Source of the DNA: Phoronis australis
Lineage: Eukaryota; Animalia; Phoronida
Length of the DNA: 64,000 nt
Assembly (NCBI GenBank): GCA_002633005.1
Contig: NMRA01000254.1
Location: 89,959-153,958 of the forward strand
Reading direction: 5' to 3'
Positions 1 through 13,100 of this stretch are shown one piece after another; position 1 is the stretch's first letter, and each line of letters opens with the position of its first letter. Under the pieces are notes generated by a model. That model saw only the letters and a program-made list of their open reading frames with translations. It made no database searches and had not been told where the DNA came from. The translations under genes were made by a program, and so were the position numbers.

Positions 1-467
1 ATACACTGATCAAGAAATACTATAGAGGCGTCGTGAACATGCACAGGCAACGGAACATATGGATAGTTCTTTGGTAAGCCGGAATTCGTCGCAGAAATCA
101 CTGTCGACGAAATGCCGGCCACAGACACGGAGATGTTTCATGGCCTCATACTTGCTATTAACAGCCTACTTTTCGTTCTTCACTACCGCGAGCCACTTCC
201 TAAGCATTACGGGATCTCGAGGAAGTCGAAAAAACGATATACCTGCTTTCTTCGCAGCTTCATAGTTCAGACAAGCGGGAACGATGCACCGCAATATAGC
301 GTCATTCACTCTGCAGACGAACCACTGACATCGCTGCGTCGTTTCTCACCTTCCTCACAGGTTAACGTGACACCTCTCGGCAAGGTGAGGTCGACCGTAT
401 ATGAGGCGATGTGGATATCGACCGATTAAGACGGTAAAAAAGACTTTAAGTCGGGTGGCATTCTCCT
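1..467 (-). mobile_element. Kolobok-type DNA transposon 5' end with THAP-domain pseudogene
   Basis: Minus strand reads TTAA|AGGAGAATGCC at 471-457. Positions 297-85 translate as LRCIVPAC..SFFRLPRDP..RKWLAVVKNEK*..LRVCGRHFVDSDF (THAP C2CH motif), with an in-frame TAG at 166-168. Confidence 0.75.
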
Positions 468-677
468 TTAATTTATTAAGAACAGGTCAGCACTCTCTAG
501 TTTTTGATTAAATGTGAGGCACAATGTCTCCAGCTGTTGGTTTTCATTTTGAGACTGACTTCTTTCTTGTGATCAAATAGCTAAAACTTTATCGTGCTCC
601 CTCATTTGTGAATGTATCTCATGGTCTTGTGCTACGCCCCCTAAAGACGATTTGATTTAGTTCATAGTACAGTAAAC

Positions 678-770
678 ATGGCAATTGTGCCGTATTTTTA
701 TAGCCAGTTTGATGCCTTTATTCAGTGGAGAAACTGGTTCTCAAAATTGGGGCACGTTATCTGCGACCAT
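678..770. repeat. Palindromic MITE-like repeat, degraded copy 1
   Basis: Shares the ccagttt..ttattcagtg..aaactggttctcaaaa core with the copies at 9995 and 32036. Confidence 0.6.
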
Positions 771-1837
771 CAACATAAACATCACCCATGGGTAACTTGT
801 TTGTAGTGCAAAAGTGTCAAATGATGGAGGTCGAAAGAAATGCTACCTGGAAAGCACTGTTGTTTTCTACATAATACATTAATATTATTTATTAGTTGAA
901 AGCATTTTACAGAGTTTAAGGGATTATATTGTGGGATAGCACCATTATGAAAAGGTGAAGTTTTATAGAAACTCCTCACTCACTTGTCCCTATTAAATGT
1001 GCTGAAAGGGTAGATATTGTAATTTTCCTGTAACACACTCTGTTAAAATATCTCTTGAGTACGGCAGTTCTCTGCCTATTTAGCACAGTCGCCTTATTTT
1101 GCAAACCAAAAATTTTGAAAAATAATATTTTATCCCTCATTTACGCATTAGGCTTAGTAGGGGGAATGTGTTACCTCACCAATTCGTACACAGTCAGTTT
1201 TGCACTTTAGAAAATGTCAATGCAAAGCCCTGTTATTGTTACTAGAAAATAGTACCTGCATCTCTTTAACTGTGTTAATAAGCCTTGAACATTAAATATT
1301 CACCACTTAATTCATCCAGCTATGCGGGATATCATGCTGTCAGGGTAACATGCTGTCGTTTTCATGTAGTGATTGGAGATGACCTGGATGTGTTTTGTGT
1401 CACTCAAGAGTCTTATGGCCAAAAAGTTTGTTCCCAAATATAGGGTAAAATGTTCTTATATTGGAACAGGATAAGAAACTTCTTAATTACTGTTCATTGG
1501 ATCACGTTGGCTGCGTTTCATTTAATTTACACACAGGCAGTTGGGAATGCTCAGGTGACTCAGCTAGTTTCCCACAGCCCTCAACTACAAAGTCTGCACA
1601 TTCACTTGATTTGACACACCCCAGTTATCAGGAAAATTTATTTGCTTTGTGCAAAGAAACGGAGAATTACCATACTTGTGGGCCAAATTCGTAGTCTGTT
1701 TACAATATCAACAGTCAAAAACCTTTAGCAAAACATGTGACCATGAATGTATCATTTTTTCTTCCTAGGAATTTAACCGTCGAATGTATTGCTTCTTTCA
1801 TAATGTTTTTGGTTATCTTTATGTTATGCAATTTCAG

Positions 1838-1948
1838 GAAACCTGTTCTGTAACAGATCAAAGAGCTTCCCAAATAAAACGAAAGAACCTTTTTGTTCCT
1901 GTGCCTAAAACGTCAAACAATGTAAGAGAATTTGTCAAGTCCTTGAAG
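1838..1948 (+). CDS. Candidate upstream spectraplakin exon (plakin region)
   Basis: tttcag|...aag|gtgagt, 111 nt, open frame ETCSV...VREFVKSLK. I could not link it in phase to the exon at 4055 with confidence. Confidence 0.5.
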
Positions 1949-2641
1949 GTGAGTTCACCGGTCAACTTCTTGCTCGCAGTGACTCGTCACGATAGTGTAT
2001 CTCTGGAAATTTACAATGTATTGGTAAAGTCCTTGTTAGCTTTCCACACACCCGAATTTTATGCGAAAAAAGCGAGGTCACGCAAGGCCTCGGAAAATCA
2101 CGAAAGCGAAGTACGGGTGTTTTGCAAGTATGCTTGGGAGCTTACCGACGTAACCTTGGAAAATGACGGCCACTGAAGTGATTGTTTGATAAGGTTGGAA
2201 ACTGAACCATGGGATAGAATTCGTATTAATTACGGGGCGGAATTCACGGCAAGTGTATTGTCACTGTTTTGGTTAGAACTACGCAATGCAACCCTTTGGT
2301 TTACTTGTCTCTAGTTCTGCATTCCATACAACTCCCATACGGCCATCCATTTAAATACCCAGTTTGGTGAGTGTTTTTGACAGATACTTCATGGCATTCT
2401 TTTCTCACGAGTTTTAAAGCTGCTGCAGTTTGCCCTGTTTAGGTGGCTGAAAAACGAAAATGAAAGTAGGCCTTGTAGTTACTCTCATAAAATCGGATTT
2501 GTGATATTCCATGGTCTGTACTGTAATAGGATTCTGAATCTTTTATCAATACAAGGCACCGGCAATGTACTCACAGGCCATTTTCAAATTTGCAATTTTT
2601 GGGTGTGACAACCACAATAAACCCTGAATCGTTTTCTCCAG

Positions 2642-2692
2642 TCACTGATAGTTTGACGTTATTGTTGGTAACGGAAACAGAATCCTATCAAG
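2642..2692 (+). CDS. Candidate small upstream exon
   Basis: ttttctccag|...caag|gtaagg, 51 nt, open only as a phase 1-1 exon (TDSLTLLLVTETESYQ). Confidence 0.3.
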
Positions 2693-3067
2693 GTAAGGAA
2701 TATTATAACAACGATTTTGTGAGACTGAAAGGTCTACTGTGGTTTTATTTTTAGACACCCGGACAGGTTAAAATGCAGCTTTGAATTAACGTTTTAGGTG
2801 ACATTGTATCGTTCTCACTATGAGGAAGTGGGAGTTAAAGTGGATTGTAATTCTTTTCTAAAGAATACATTTTTTATGGATTGATCTTGATGTTTTTGTA
2901 TTGTGCATGTCATTTCTCAAAAGTACCTCACAAAACTGTGTTTGTCAAAGAATTAGTCTTGCGAATTTTATTATTACAGTCTCACCTCTTTGTTGTTTAC
3001 TCACGTCAAACTATCGATTCCTTGAATCCCAAGCCAACTGCACTGTATACACGTTGCTTCAGTTTAA

Positions 3068-3536
3068 GGTTTTGTAGGAACCTAGAAAAGTGTCCAAATT
3101 TAGTTAACTTCCAAACATCATATTCCAGAAATGGCTGTTCAGATTCATGTGAAACTTTTAGATATTGGGTTTTATATACTGCTCTCCAAGATGTTGTTGG
3201 GAATCGTTTTTTAAATGATCCTTTTTTCCATGAGGGACTGTCAAAAACAGGAATGAAATGATTATAAAACTGTAACAGCATTTTCGAGATCTTATCTTGA
3301 ATATTAATTATATATGATATTGTTGATCTGTTGCTTTGCAGTCACTTTTCCTTTCTTTTTTGCAAAGTTTTACTAAAAGGACATAGTCACATGACCTTAT
3401 TTATGGCAGGTTGTTAAAAAGTCAAACATCAAATTCTATAGACTTTCTACTTTCACAAAATACATCCTTATGCTCGGATAAAAATCTGTAGTTTTGTAGA
3501 TATTTTGCTAAATGTGTAGCCTTGTCAATAATGTTC
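3068..3536. mobile_element. Non-autonomous TTAA/GGTT-terminal element (Kolobok-like family)
   Basis: Starts ttaa|ggttttgtaggaacctagaaaagtgtccaaattt and is colinear with the copy at 33584. The right end is degenerate and followed by ttaa. Confidence 0.6.
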
Positions 3537-3743
3537 TTAATATCCATAAATGAACTTCAGTTACAATGGATACTTTAGAGAGTTCCCGCGAGAGTGCATC
3601 GTAACACACTTTGAATGGAGCACAAAATTCACTTTGTATGATCTTCCTGCGTGTCTCTGTGAATCTCGACTTGGAATATAAGGAGTAAATAGTCAATCAA
3701 ATCTTCAAAACACACTGCAAGCACGAGACATGACTATATATCA

Positions 3744-4012
3744 ACAGCACTCATAAAACTTTGTACCGATGACCTTTGACCTGCCCTTACTTTTATTATC
3801 ATTCTGTCACTTATGGAGGGCGTCTTTCCTCATCTACTTAAAATTGCAAAAGTAATTCCAGTCTTCCGACAAAATGATCTTGACGACTCTGTTTTACCCA
3901 GCTATCGTCTGATATCATACATGTCACTGTAAGTTGCGCTTAGTAAGTATGAATGACTCGTGTAGATGCATGACTTTGTGAATGGAGAAATAAACTATCT
4001 ATCTATCTATCT
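3744..4012 (+). mobile_element. L2/Crack-like LINE fragment (pre-RT region plus 3' tail)
   Basis: Translates TALIKLCTDDL*PALTFIIILSLMEGVFPHLLKIAKVIPVF..DSVLPSYRLIS (cf. the NYRPIS motif), then AATAAA and a (CTAT)n tail. Confidence 0.75.
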
Positions 4013-4054
4013 CTGTCTGCCGTATTATTAGTTGCCATATTTAACTATTCACAG

Positions 4055-4150
4055 GAATGTAGTTCTGCCGTCCACAGTCAGTGGGCCTGGCTGCGGGAGC
4101 TTCAACAATGCGCCATGATTCACATGAACAATGCGGCGCAATATCATAAG
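4055..4150 (+). CDS. MACF1: Spectraplakin exon, plakin domain
   Basis: [32 protein letters not shown] resembles the plakin QTQWSWLLQL..H...YFQ segment; cag|..|gtaaga. Confidence 0.85.
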
Positions 4151-7100
4151 GTAAGAGGACATCTTATGACTAACACTAGATATACATGGCACAGTTGACA
4201 CGGCGCGAGTTGACACAGTGCTCAAAAAGTAACGAACCTGTCAATTATGATTGAGCTTAATTTTTAGCAGTCAAATTGCCAGCTTTTCATTAAACTCGAA
4301 AGCACTTCTTATTTGAGTATGTAACAGATTGTGACTAATTTTATTGTGATAAGTGGTCAGTATTCCCCCAACCCACGTGTCCTTGCATTCTTTAACTATA
4401 GATACCGTAATATTTCATCGGTGTCCGTGGAAAAGTCTGGAACGTTGCCAGTGACCTAATTTGCCAATGAGCCCTACGCGCTTGTGGAAAGAAATCTAAA
4501 GTTTGTGAATCTCGACAAAGTTGGTACAAAAACATGATTGAGAAACATTGAAATAGGAATGTTGTTACAGAGAAAAAGTTTCACTGCTTCATTGAATCAT
4601 TAGTCTTCATTAATGAAGCATTTTACTCTCATAAAATCATTTTCATATTATCTGTTACCATCATAGAATTCCATTTCCGTTACCAGCTCAAAGTCACAGT
4701 CAATGTATGTACAGACCATCTTTGAATTGCCAATATTTGAGTTGACCAATAAACTCTGAAGTGTTTTCTTGAGTCACATTGAGTTTCAATGTTCTTGTTA
4801 GTAACGTAAGAATCCTTTCATTGTCAGGAATGTTATGAGATTGATTTTATTAGAGTAAGAGGTATCACTATGATTCGATTTTCGTTTTTAGCCCAGCTGC
4901 TAAACAGGGTGAAGTGTAGTTTCTGTATTGCAATTGAATTTTGTCACCTGTTATTGTTCATCCATATTTCTTGTTGTGAACCCAAAAATACCTTTTAATT
5001 CATCACTTCAAGAGAAACGTCATTTTGTGCTCTTTTTTAACCCTGCCCCTTCATTTCAGTTCTTCCTTGATGTCGATCATTGCCAACAGGGGCTTGAGTC
5101 TCTCATCATGTGGTTTAACAAGAAGCTGAAGTCACGTAATGAGTTGATGACCTTTGACATAATTTTAGAAGACTTGACAGTAAGTCAGTATGCCTTGTAA
5201 ACCTGTTTTGGTAATGTTTATCTTCTTATTAATATCAGAGGAATGTCACTAAAATAAAAGTCACTAGTCATCATGAAAGACGTCTAAATTAGTGTAAATA
5301 TTTTATCGATATAATATGTTTCTGTTAGTGGGATTTGTTCGTCTACAAATTCCTTGATCATTGAAAATACTCATCCCCAGAGATAAAAATGAATAATATT
5401 TCCGTCGCCTTACTATTTTACCTCTCATGTTGCTTATGATTTGTTTTAGAACATCTTATTAACGCTTCTTGAACAACAAGACAAGGTGGATGAGCTGATC
5501 TGTTGTGTTAGTTCCATAGTGCCCATCAGGTGGCGGTTTCAGCAGCCCACAAAAGATGTCCAAGTCACAGCGCTGGCTGATTATCACGATGATGAGGTAA
5601 ACCAAGTTTCATACGGTGCGAGACAAAAGCAATGAGACAAAAGTATTTTCCAACTAATTCTGTTAACATCAAAAATGTGTAGTAAATTTCTAATTACTTA
5701 ATGGCGTAATTACATTACTAACATACCTTTCTTTCTCACACATGAGGGAAGACAGTCCTGATGAGGAACTCAGCTTCCACCCTGTAGTCATGACGGGAAT
5801 TTTCCGTGTCATTTTGTCTCAATACTTTTGGCTCACTCTGTAGCTTGTTATCACTCTGAAGTGTCTATTTTAGATCTTATCGTTAAAGTTGTTCGGAAAA
5901 TTATGTTTTCATGTGTAATGCAATTCTAATGCTTTTGTTTGTGGTTTGGGCGTATTCTTCCAACAAACAAATTAGTCATTGTTAACACTTAAAGCTGTAT
6001 TTGGAACGATACTACTAGTGGTGCTCTCTGGTTGAAGGGGAGCTACATTTAGATTGTGGCCGTCAGACAGGTTCTCTCGTTGTTCTTTCAGTGAGGTTTC
6101 ATTTTCTACAGCTATGCGAGACGTCTTCATAGTTTAAAACTTTTTCCTGAACCGTTGTCGAGTACACTATTAGGAATATTCATGGATACTCCTGACAACC
6201 TTGTGCAGGTTCATACTAAGCACTTGCACATGACATGGTGACTAGGCTGATGCCCATTCCACAATTTTTCACCAATTAAATTCTAATTGCTCACACTTGA
6301 ATTTAGTTATCTTCTAGCTGTTGAATAAAACCATGAATTGACAAATTATTTCTTTGTCTTTCCACAGAATATTGTCACAGAAGGTGAAGCCTACACACTA
6401 TTGGACAACAGTGATACGTTTTGGAAGGTAAGGAAATTCTGTAATTTTGTGTACCTCATGGTACATACAAGACACAACATAACCTAAATGTAACAATCTT
6501 CCTCTGTCACGATAATACAGACTAGCAACATTGTGTATTGAACCGTACATTGCATCACCCTCCCTCTTCAGGTAAAAGACAGGTCAGGCCAAGAGTTATC
6601 TGCCCCTGGTGCCTTGTTTCTCATTCCACCTGTGGACAGGGAAGCCGTCGATGGTCTGCACAGGTGAGTACAAAGAGTGACAGTCGTGATCTTAGTGCAA
6701 TAAATATTTTTTCTGCTTTCACACCAACCAATGTGTCTTTTACTTTTACATTTTGTGTCTGTGCCTATGTCACCTGGAAAATTTCGAAACAACCACTAGG
6801 GTATTATTTATAGCCATTTGAGAATATCGTCTTGATTTGTGTTACGTCTGCAATAACGAAAAATGAAATAGTACACTGTTGTTTTTATGACTTAAGTATT
6901 TCTGTAGTGGTACCCTGGGTGATGTTACAGAAACTGGGTTAATGTAAGAGAACATACACACAAGAAGTGGGCTTGAAAATGGAAATTGCAATTCAAAGTG
7001 AACCCTTAAGATTCTTATTACCCTTTTTGTAACACCATTTTCTGATTGGTATCTTGAAACCACCTGTATCTAATACAAGAAGAATTATCTGTTACAGTCT

Positions 7101-10100
7101 ACGGGGCTTGCTGAAGTCTGTCTGGAGACTGGCTGTTAAGGTATTTCGGGCTCTGATTGTACCCCTGATGACTGAGAGGATGAGAGACACATCACTACAG
7201 AAGGTACTGCTAACAATGGCAGATTTAGGAGTGGCTGAGGAGACCCTCCCCCATTGGCTGCTGACAAAAAATAAATAGTAAAAATGATGCTGTAATAAAT
7301 TATGGCATTTATTATGTTGCAGCCAGTTGTGGGCGTGCTCTTTTGTGTATGCGTGTTTGGGGGGGAGGCCCAGTTTTCACAAAATAAAAATTGTTAGGCC
7401 CCCTCATGATACCCTAGATCTGCCACTGGTTAAAGTGTGTTATGATTATGAGCTATTTGGTTTCTGAATGAAAGTCGTTTTGATGTTTCAGAGCTGCTTA
7501 TCAACAGCTGAAAATGCTTTGTTGTCTCTGGTTATAAAAGTTCAATTGATGCCACTATTATTCCGAAGTCACTGATGGTACTGTAGTTACTGTAGTGTCT
7601 TGCTGTATCAAGAATCAAGTTTTAATAAAGGTTCAGTGTTTAGCGGCCTTTAGTGGAGTGCATTGTATATGCAGGGCTTGGAATTTTGCTCTTTTGAGAA
7701 GATTTCTTCTTTTTTGGTTTCGATTTCCTGATTTTTTGATTTCCAGTTTCCTCTCTGTCAGTCTCTTTTTTACCATTATTTTGACTATATCCATGCAAAA
7801 ATGTTTACTTCATTAAAATTTAATAACACAAATAATTTCTATTTCACAAGCCTAATATTTAATTTTTGGAACAATACTTGTACTTTTTCCTCTTTTTAGT
7901 CACTGGTCATTCCAAACCCTGTATATGTTTCTTTGAGAAGGCCGTAAGCTTCAACTCTGCCTTGGCAGTAATGTAACATGCTAGACCCTACTCCTGGGCT
8001 GTGTTTACTAAGTTTTATAATCCTTGATTTTTTAACGAAAAATGTTAGTGTTGTGTTCTATCAGCTTATTATAACGAATCGCGGTAATATTCGACAAGCA
8101 CTTTGTCAAGATTCTTAAATCATCCAGATATGATTCCTTCAATCATGGAAAATCTGAAGTGCTATATTTCAATTTAAATAATTTCTGTGACAAATTGAAT
8201 GAAATAACCAAGACTTACCATAAACTTTTTACGCATAGCGAGAGAGATATTCACAAAGGATTATGGGATAACATTCATCTGAGCAGCATCACCGACAAAC
8301 GTAGATGTGCAATCTGTAGAGATCACTTAATTTTGACAACATTTCAAGTTGTCAGAGTTGCAGTGCAGGTAGAATCTATCCAATATCAACTACCTGCTTA
8401 CCGAGCAGACGATAGGCTTTATTTTACTATCTTGATTCTGAATTGGATGACTTAAATCCTACAATTCTGGTTTTGGAAGCGCAGCCATTGTGGTTTTCGC
8501 TATTCATAAAAATATCAATTGAAGTGCATACGTGTCCCAGTACAATAGCCTCACTACTTGTGAGCCACGTGACTTTTAGTTGCATTGCACTCTCAATGTA
8601 GGTCACCAGTTTAGACAGGGACGGTAGAGACATTGTCCTCAATCATCTGCACGATATGGTAGAGAAACTGGAGCCCCACCTGGTGGCGAAGGACAAGGTG
8701 TGGCAACAGGCGTATGTGGATTTCAGTGAGGTGTTCCAGGACCTCTATAGAGGCATTCATGAAAACCGTGAGATACAGCAAGGTAAGTCAACTGTGGTCA
8801 CACAGTGAGCTAGGGATCAATTGACAGCTCCATCTAGTGTTCAAGCATGTTACTATGCTATTCCTAATGGATCTGTCTGCCTTATTACTTTCAGTACATA
8901 AAATGACAACCCACAAAATTCAGCTTTTTGAGGCTATGTAGAAAATGTATAATTTTTAAATTGAATTCTAGTTTTTATAAGTTTGGCTAAATGTACAGAC
9001 CTGCTGAGAATGGATCACGTACCCAAAGGACTTCTTCATATATCATTTATCGTTTCGTCCGAGCAAATCCTAATTCTTATGCTACTAACTAAAGGTTCTT
9101 AATTTTGTGGAAGTAGCGAGTTAGTGCTTCGATGTGAAAGTTGTGAATTGAGTGCTTTTCACTTTATATTTTATGTCGTTAGGGGTTGAAGTATTGTCAC
9201 GCATATGGGCTGTCTTTTTAGAGGACTTAGTGATTACAAGTTCAAATGTATAGAGTGAGCTTATGTTTACGGTAGTCTGTGGTTGCATGTGTTTGAATAT
9301 CCGTCTCATTTTCACAATTTTAATGCACTTACAGTGAATGACTATAATCCTGAGGCAGTCAAGCAAGAGTGGGATGAAGTAGGAAAAGTTATCAGAAAAT
9401 TTGAGGTAAGTATCGGCTTCTGTTTAGCGACAAAACTTTCTGTGAAAGCAGTACTGTAGAACTGGTTAAAGCCCCGTCACGGTGTCTGTAGGAACTGACC
9501 ACACCCACTTGTGGAGCATGATGACCAAGACATCCGTGACCACAACTTTTACTTTCCCCATCAGCGACTGAGCCATTGCTTTTTAGGTTTAGTCCCGGAT
9601 ACCATTCTGCAAGATGGTACTTTGTAAAATTTTGCATGTGTCCATGTTGTTAAAATAATGCGAGTTTTAAAAATGATTTCTTCAGCTGTCCTACTGAATT
9701 TTCAAATCAAATAACTTTTGGCATTACCTGTAACAAACAAATGTGTGGTTTCCTGTGTGTTGATATTTCATGCACCTTAGTCGTCAACAAAACGTGTTAC
9801 CAAATGTGTTACTTTGCAGGATCTCTGCATGTATGCTGACTGTTCTGAAGATTCCTTGAATGAGTCGTTCCAGTCTCACTCACATGTATTAACCGATCAG
9901 GAAGGAGGGGAGAGATTTGTCACCAAGGCGTACATTGACAAGTATGTTCATAGTCCTTAATTGTGCCTTACATTGGATTTGTTTTTGTCATGTTTGTGGC
10001 AATAGTCACTTACAGGGATTCCGAATTTTGTGAACCAGTTTGGTGCCTGTTATTCAGTGCGCAAAACTGGTTCTCAAAGTGTGGGACACCTGTAAGTTAA

Positions 10101-13100
10101 TCATAAGGGTCCAGAAAATGCATCAGATTTGGTTGTGCTTCAGAGTGAATGTATCTCCATACTGACAAAGTGGGTTTTTCTTGTGCTTTTATCATAGAAC
10201 TGGGTTTGAGGTATATTGAAGATTATTGTCACTGTCAAGATAGGACTAATGTACTGTCTAATGTATGATTGAGTCAAAAGACGTAAGGCTAAAGTTTGAT
10301 GAGAGTTCAAATGACAATCGTCAAAAAGGTATCTCTGTTAAACCTGTTACCTAATTGGCCTGGGTATAACGTGATAAGAAATCCCAGGTAAGTTCTCATA
10401 TAAAAAAGCAACAGGTACAGAAATTACAATGCATAACCATTGTCACTCCCAGGAGCACTAATAGGGAATTGTGGGTAAGTCATTAAAGAAAAAGCATCAG
10501 GCACAGGAAGTTTTGCATTATTTACGTAACCTTTCTTACTGCCTTGATATTCCGTTTCAGGATGAAACCGTTAGAATTCAACCATGTCATCCCTGTTGAG
10601 ATAGAGCATCCACCTCCGGAAGAAGATGTGATGTACATCCACGAAAAGCACCCTTCCCAAGAGGAGGTGCTGTCATCCGTCACTGAGGAGATAGCGGAAC
10701 GAATCATACTTGAAAATATTATCGAGACGGAGGTTGTTGAAGACGTATTCTCACATCAAACGGTGAACGAGACCATGAAGTGGTGTATTACTGGCGTGAT
10801 TGACCCGAGTAACAGCAACAATGTGATAAGTTTGTTCGACGCCGTGGAGAAAGGAATACTTGATCAACAGAATGGTATCTATAGGTACGCTATGCAGAGG
10901 TTTTGTATTAAACAACCTTTTTTTGGTAATGTAGCTTTTGCCAAAATTTTGTTTCCCACCATAATGGGTATTGACCTCTCATGAGTAGTCATGGCGGGCC
11001 ATTGCAGGTACTCTGATGGTTAATGACGCTAATCCTCTCATTTGTCATGATAAGGAATTCTATCTGTGCTCAGGGGTCACGATCGGGGTATTTCTGATTG
11101 TTTTTGGCTTTTACTCTACCTTGGCTTGTGACCACCAACCTTTACTCAAGGCGCTACTCAATAATTGGCCAATTGCTTGGCACGCTTTGAGTAAACTTTC
11201 CCACGATGATTTTACACTATGTGATTGGTCAATTTTCAAGTTCTGTCTGAAGTCAAGTTTGTTGGTTAGATAATAATTGGTGTAATGTTTCGTTATAATG
11301 CACTGTTTTTATTTTTTAGAACTCTATTAGATAAAATATAGTTACAATAAATAATATTGGCATGGAAAACACTGAAAAGTATTACATTTAAGTGTAGTGC
11401 GGTATTGATAACCCGAGGCCCATTTTATCAATTTAGTTCTTAAGACCAGAGTCAGTCACAGCTCTAAGTTTAATTTGCTCACTCTTCATTAAGGTGGTTT
11501 GTGAAGATCCCAATATGTTTCTGTATCTGTGGTGACGTCAGAGGGTAGGCACCGGGACAGTCTCTGGCCCTCCTCCTTCCAGTATCGCACGCAATGTAAA
11601 TTTGGAGATGCAACCAAGTTCGTGCTGGTTACACACTCTTCGATCTTTTCCCTTGATACGAGTTTTTGCTGCATCTCCGTATTGCCACCCTCGCTCTATG
11701 AGGCGCTTTGTTGCCCATCTCTCCTGCTGTTGTACAATCTCGGTATCTGTAAGCGATTCACGCACTCTGGAGATTACATCTGCTGGTATGAGGAGCAGGT
11801 CGGCAATCGGTTCTGCGATGCCTGCAAGCTCATCCGCCTTGACGTTGAATGAGATGCCACAGTGTCCTGGTATATAAACACCGGTGAAGAGACCATTAAT
11901 AGAGCTGAACAGAGGGATTCAGGAATCTTTCACATGGCCAGTTTTTAGCCTGCTAATGAGGCTGAGAGAGTCTGTAAGTAGAAATGATCTGTCTGCAGGT
12001 GTTGTGTTCTGTGAGAGCAAGACTAGGGCGTCTTCATATGCTTCACATTCAGCTCTAAAAGACGAGGATTTTCCAACCCGTGCTGTTGACCATTCGATGA
12101 GGCGTTGACCCTCGCGAGTCCAAGCAACTGCTGCCCAAGCCGTAGTGTCATCCCTTAGTGAGCCGTCCGTTGCAACAATGATTGTGGGAGATTGTTCTTC
12201 AAGCCATTCGGATACAGTTGCTTGATTGATACAGTCAGCTCTTTCCTGCCAATGACGGCCTCCAATCTCCATGGTGTTGATGACAAAGTTTGTGGCTTTG
12301 GACCACTCCATGCTGTTGATGTTCTCCACTGGACATACCTCTTCGACAAGCTCCCTAGCTCCGATAACCCATGATTGAACAGTTTTCTGCCTCTGTGCAG
12401 TGTGCTCATCACTATGCTCTCTCAAGTCCAGGTACAGAGGATGAGAGTTGGTTGTAGCTGCCTTTAGAAATGCTTGGGCTGCTAGTGTCTTCTGTTTAGT
12501 ACGGATGCTATTGATACCTAACCAGTATTGGAGACTATCTACCGGAGTGGGTCTAGCTCCACTGGTTACTATCCTCATGAAAAGTTAGCAACTGAATGTC
12601 AGTTACAGCATTTTGTTGTGATAAAGTACTCAGCGTCGCATTCGCAACAAGGCGCCTGCAACCATCTTTGCTAGGACTGTGTGTAGGACCACGCCCCCCC
12701 GATTCATAATTTTTCCTGTAGTGTTAATGTGTACAGGTACTGGAAGGGTGCCGTGTGCAAGATACTAAACATTTAAGATCCTGAGCAGATCATGTTATAA
12801 ATTAAACTTTTGGTTTTGACCTCTGCTGGAACTTCTGTTTCCTTACTCAGATGATGAATGATGTCTGGGATGGAACAGAACTATTTCATTGCTTGAAACC
12901 ATGCTTGGCAAGTTTAATTTTGGCCAATCAGAAACTGAACAGTGAATTCTTTCCAACGTCCGAAATCAACCCTAGTTTTAGCAAAGAACAAGTAACTGCC
13001 AATTTTTATTATGGTAAATTGTCTGAATAAAAAGCGATTTTTTAAAAAAAGGCAGGTGAGTTGCTTTAAGTTAATACTTGTATAGTTGCCTTGACGTAGT

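Noticed and set aside
5740-5790. CTGATGA-GGAA..TTCC as a hammerhead, or an alternative SH3 exon (SPDEELSF)
   Set aside because: There is no GAAA after the stem and the splice sites are weak; probably chance.
8060-8460. Spectraplakin exon or LINE ORF2 C-terminal remnant
   Set aside because: Stops follow the candidate acceptor in all three frames. The LINE resemblance is too weak to call without a search.
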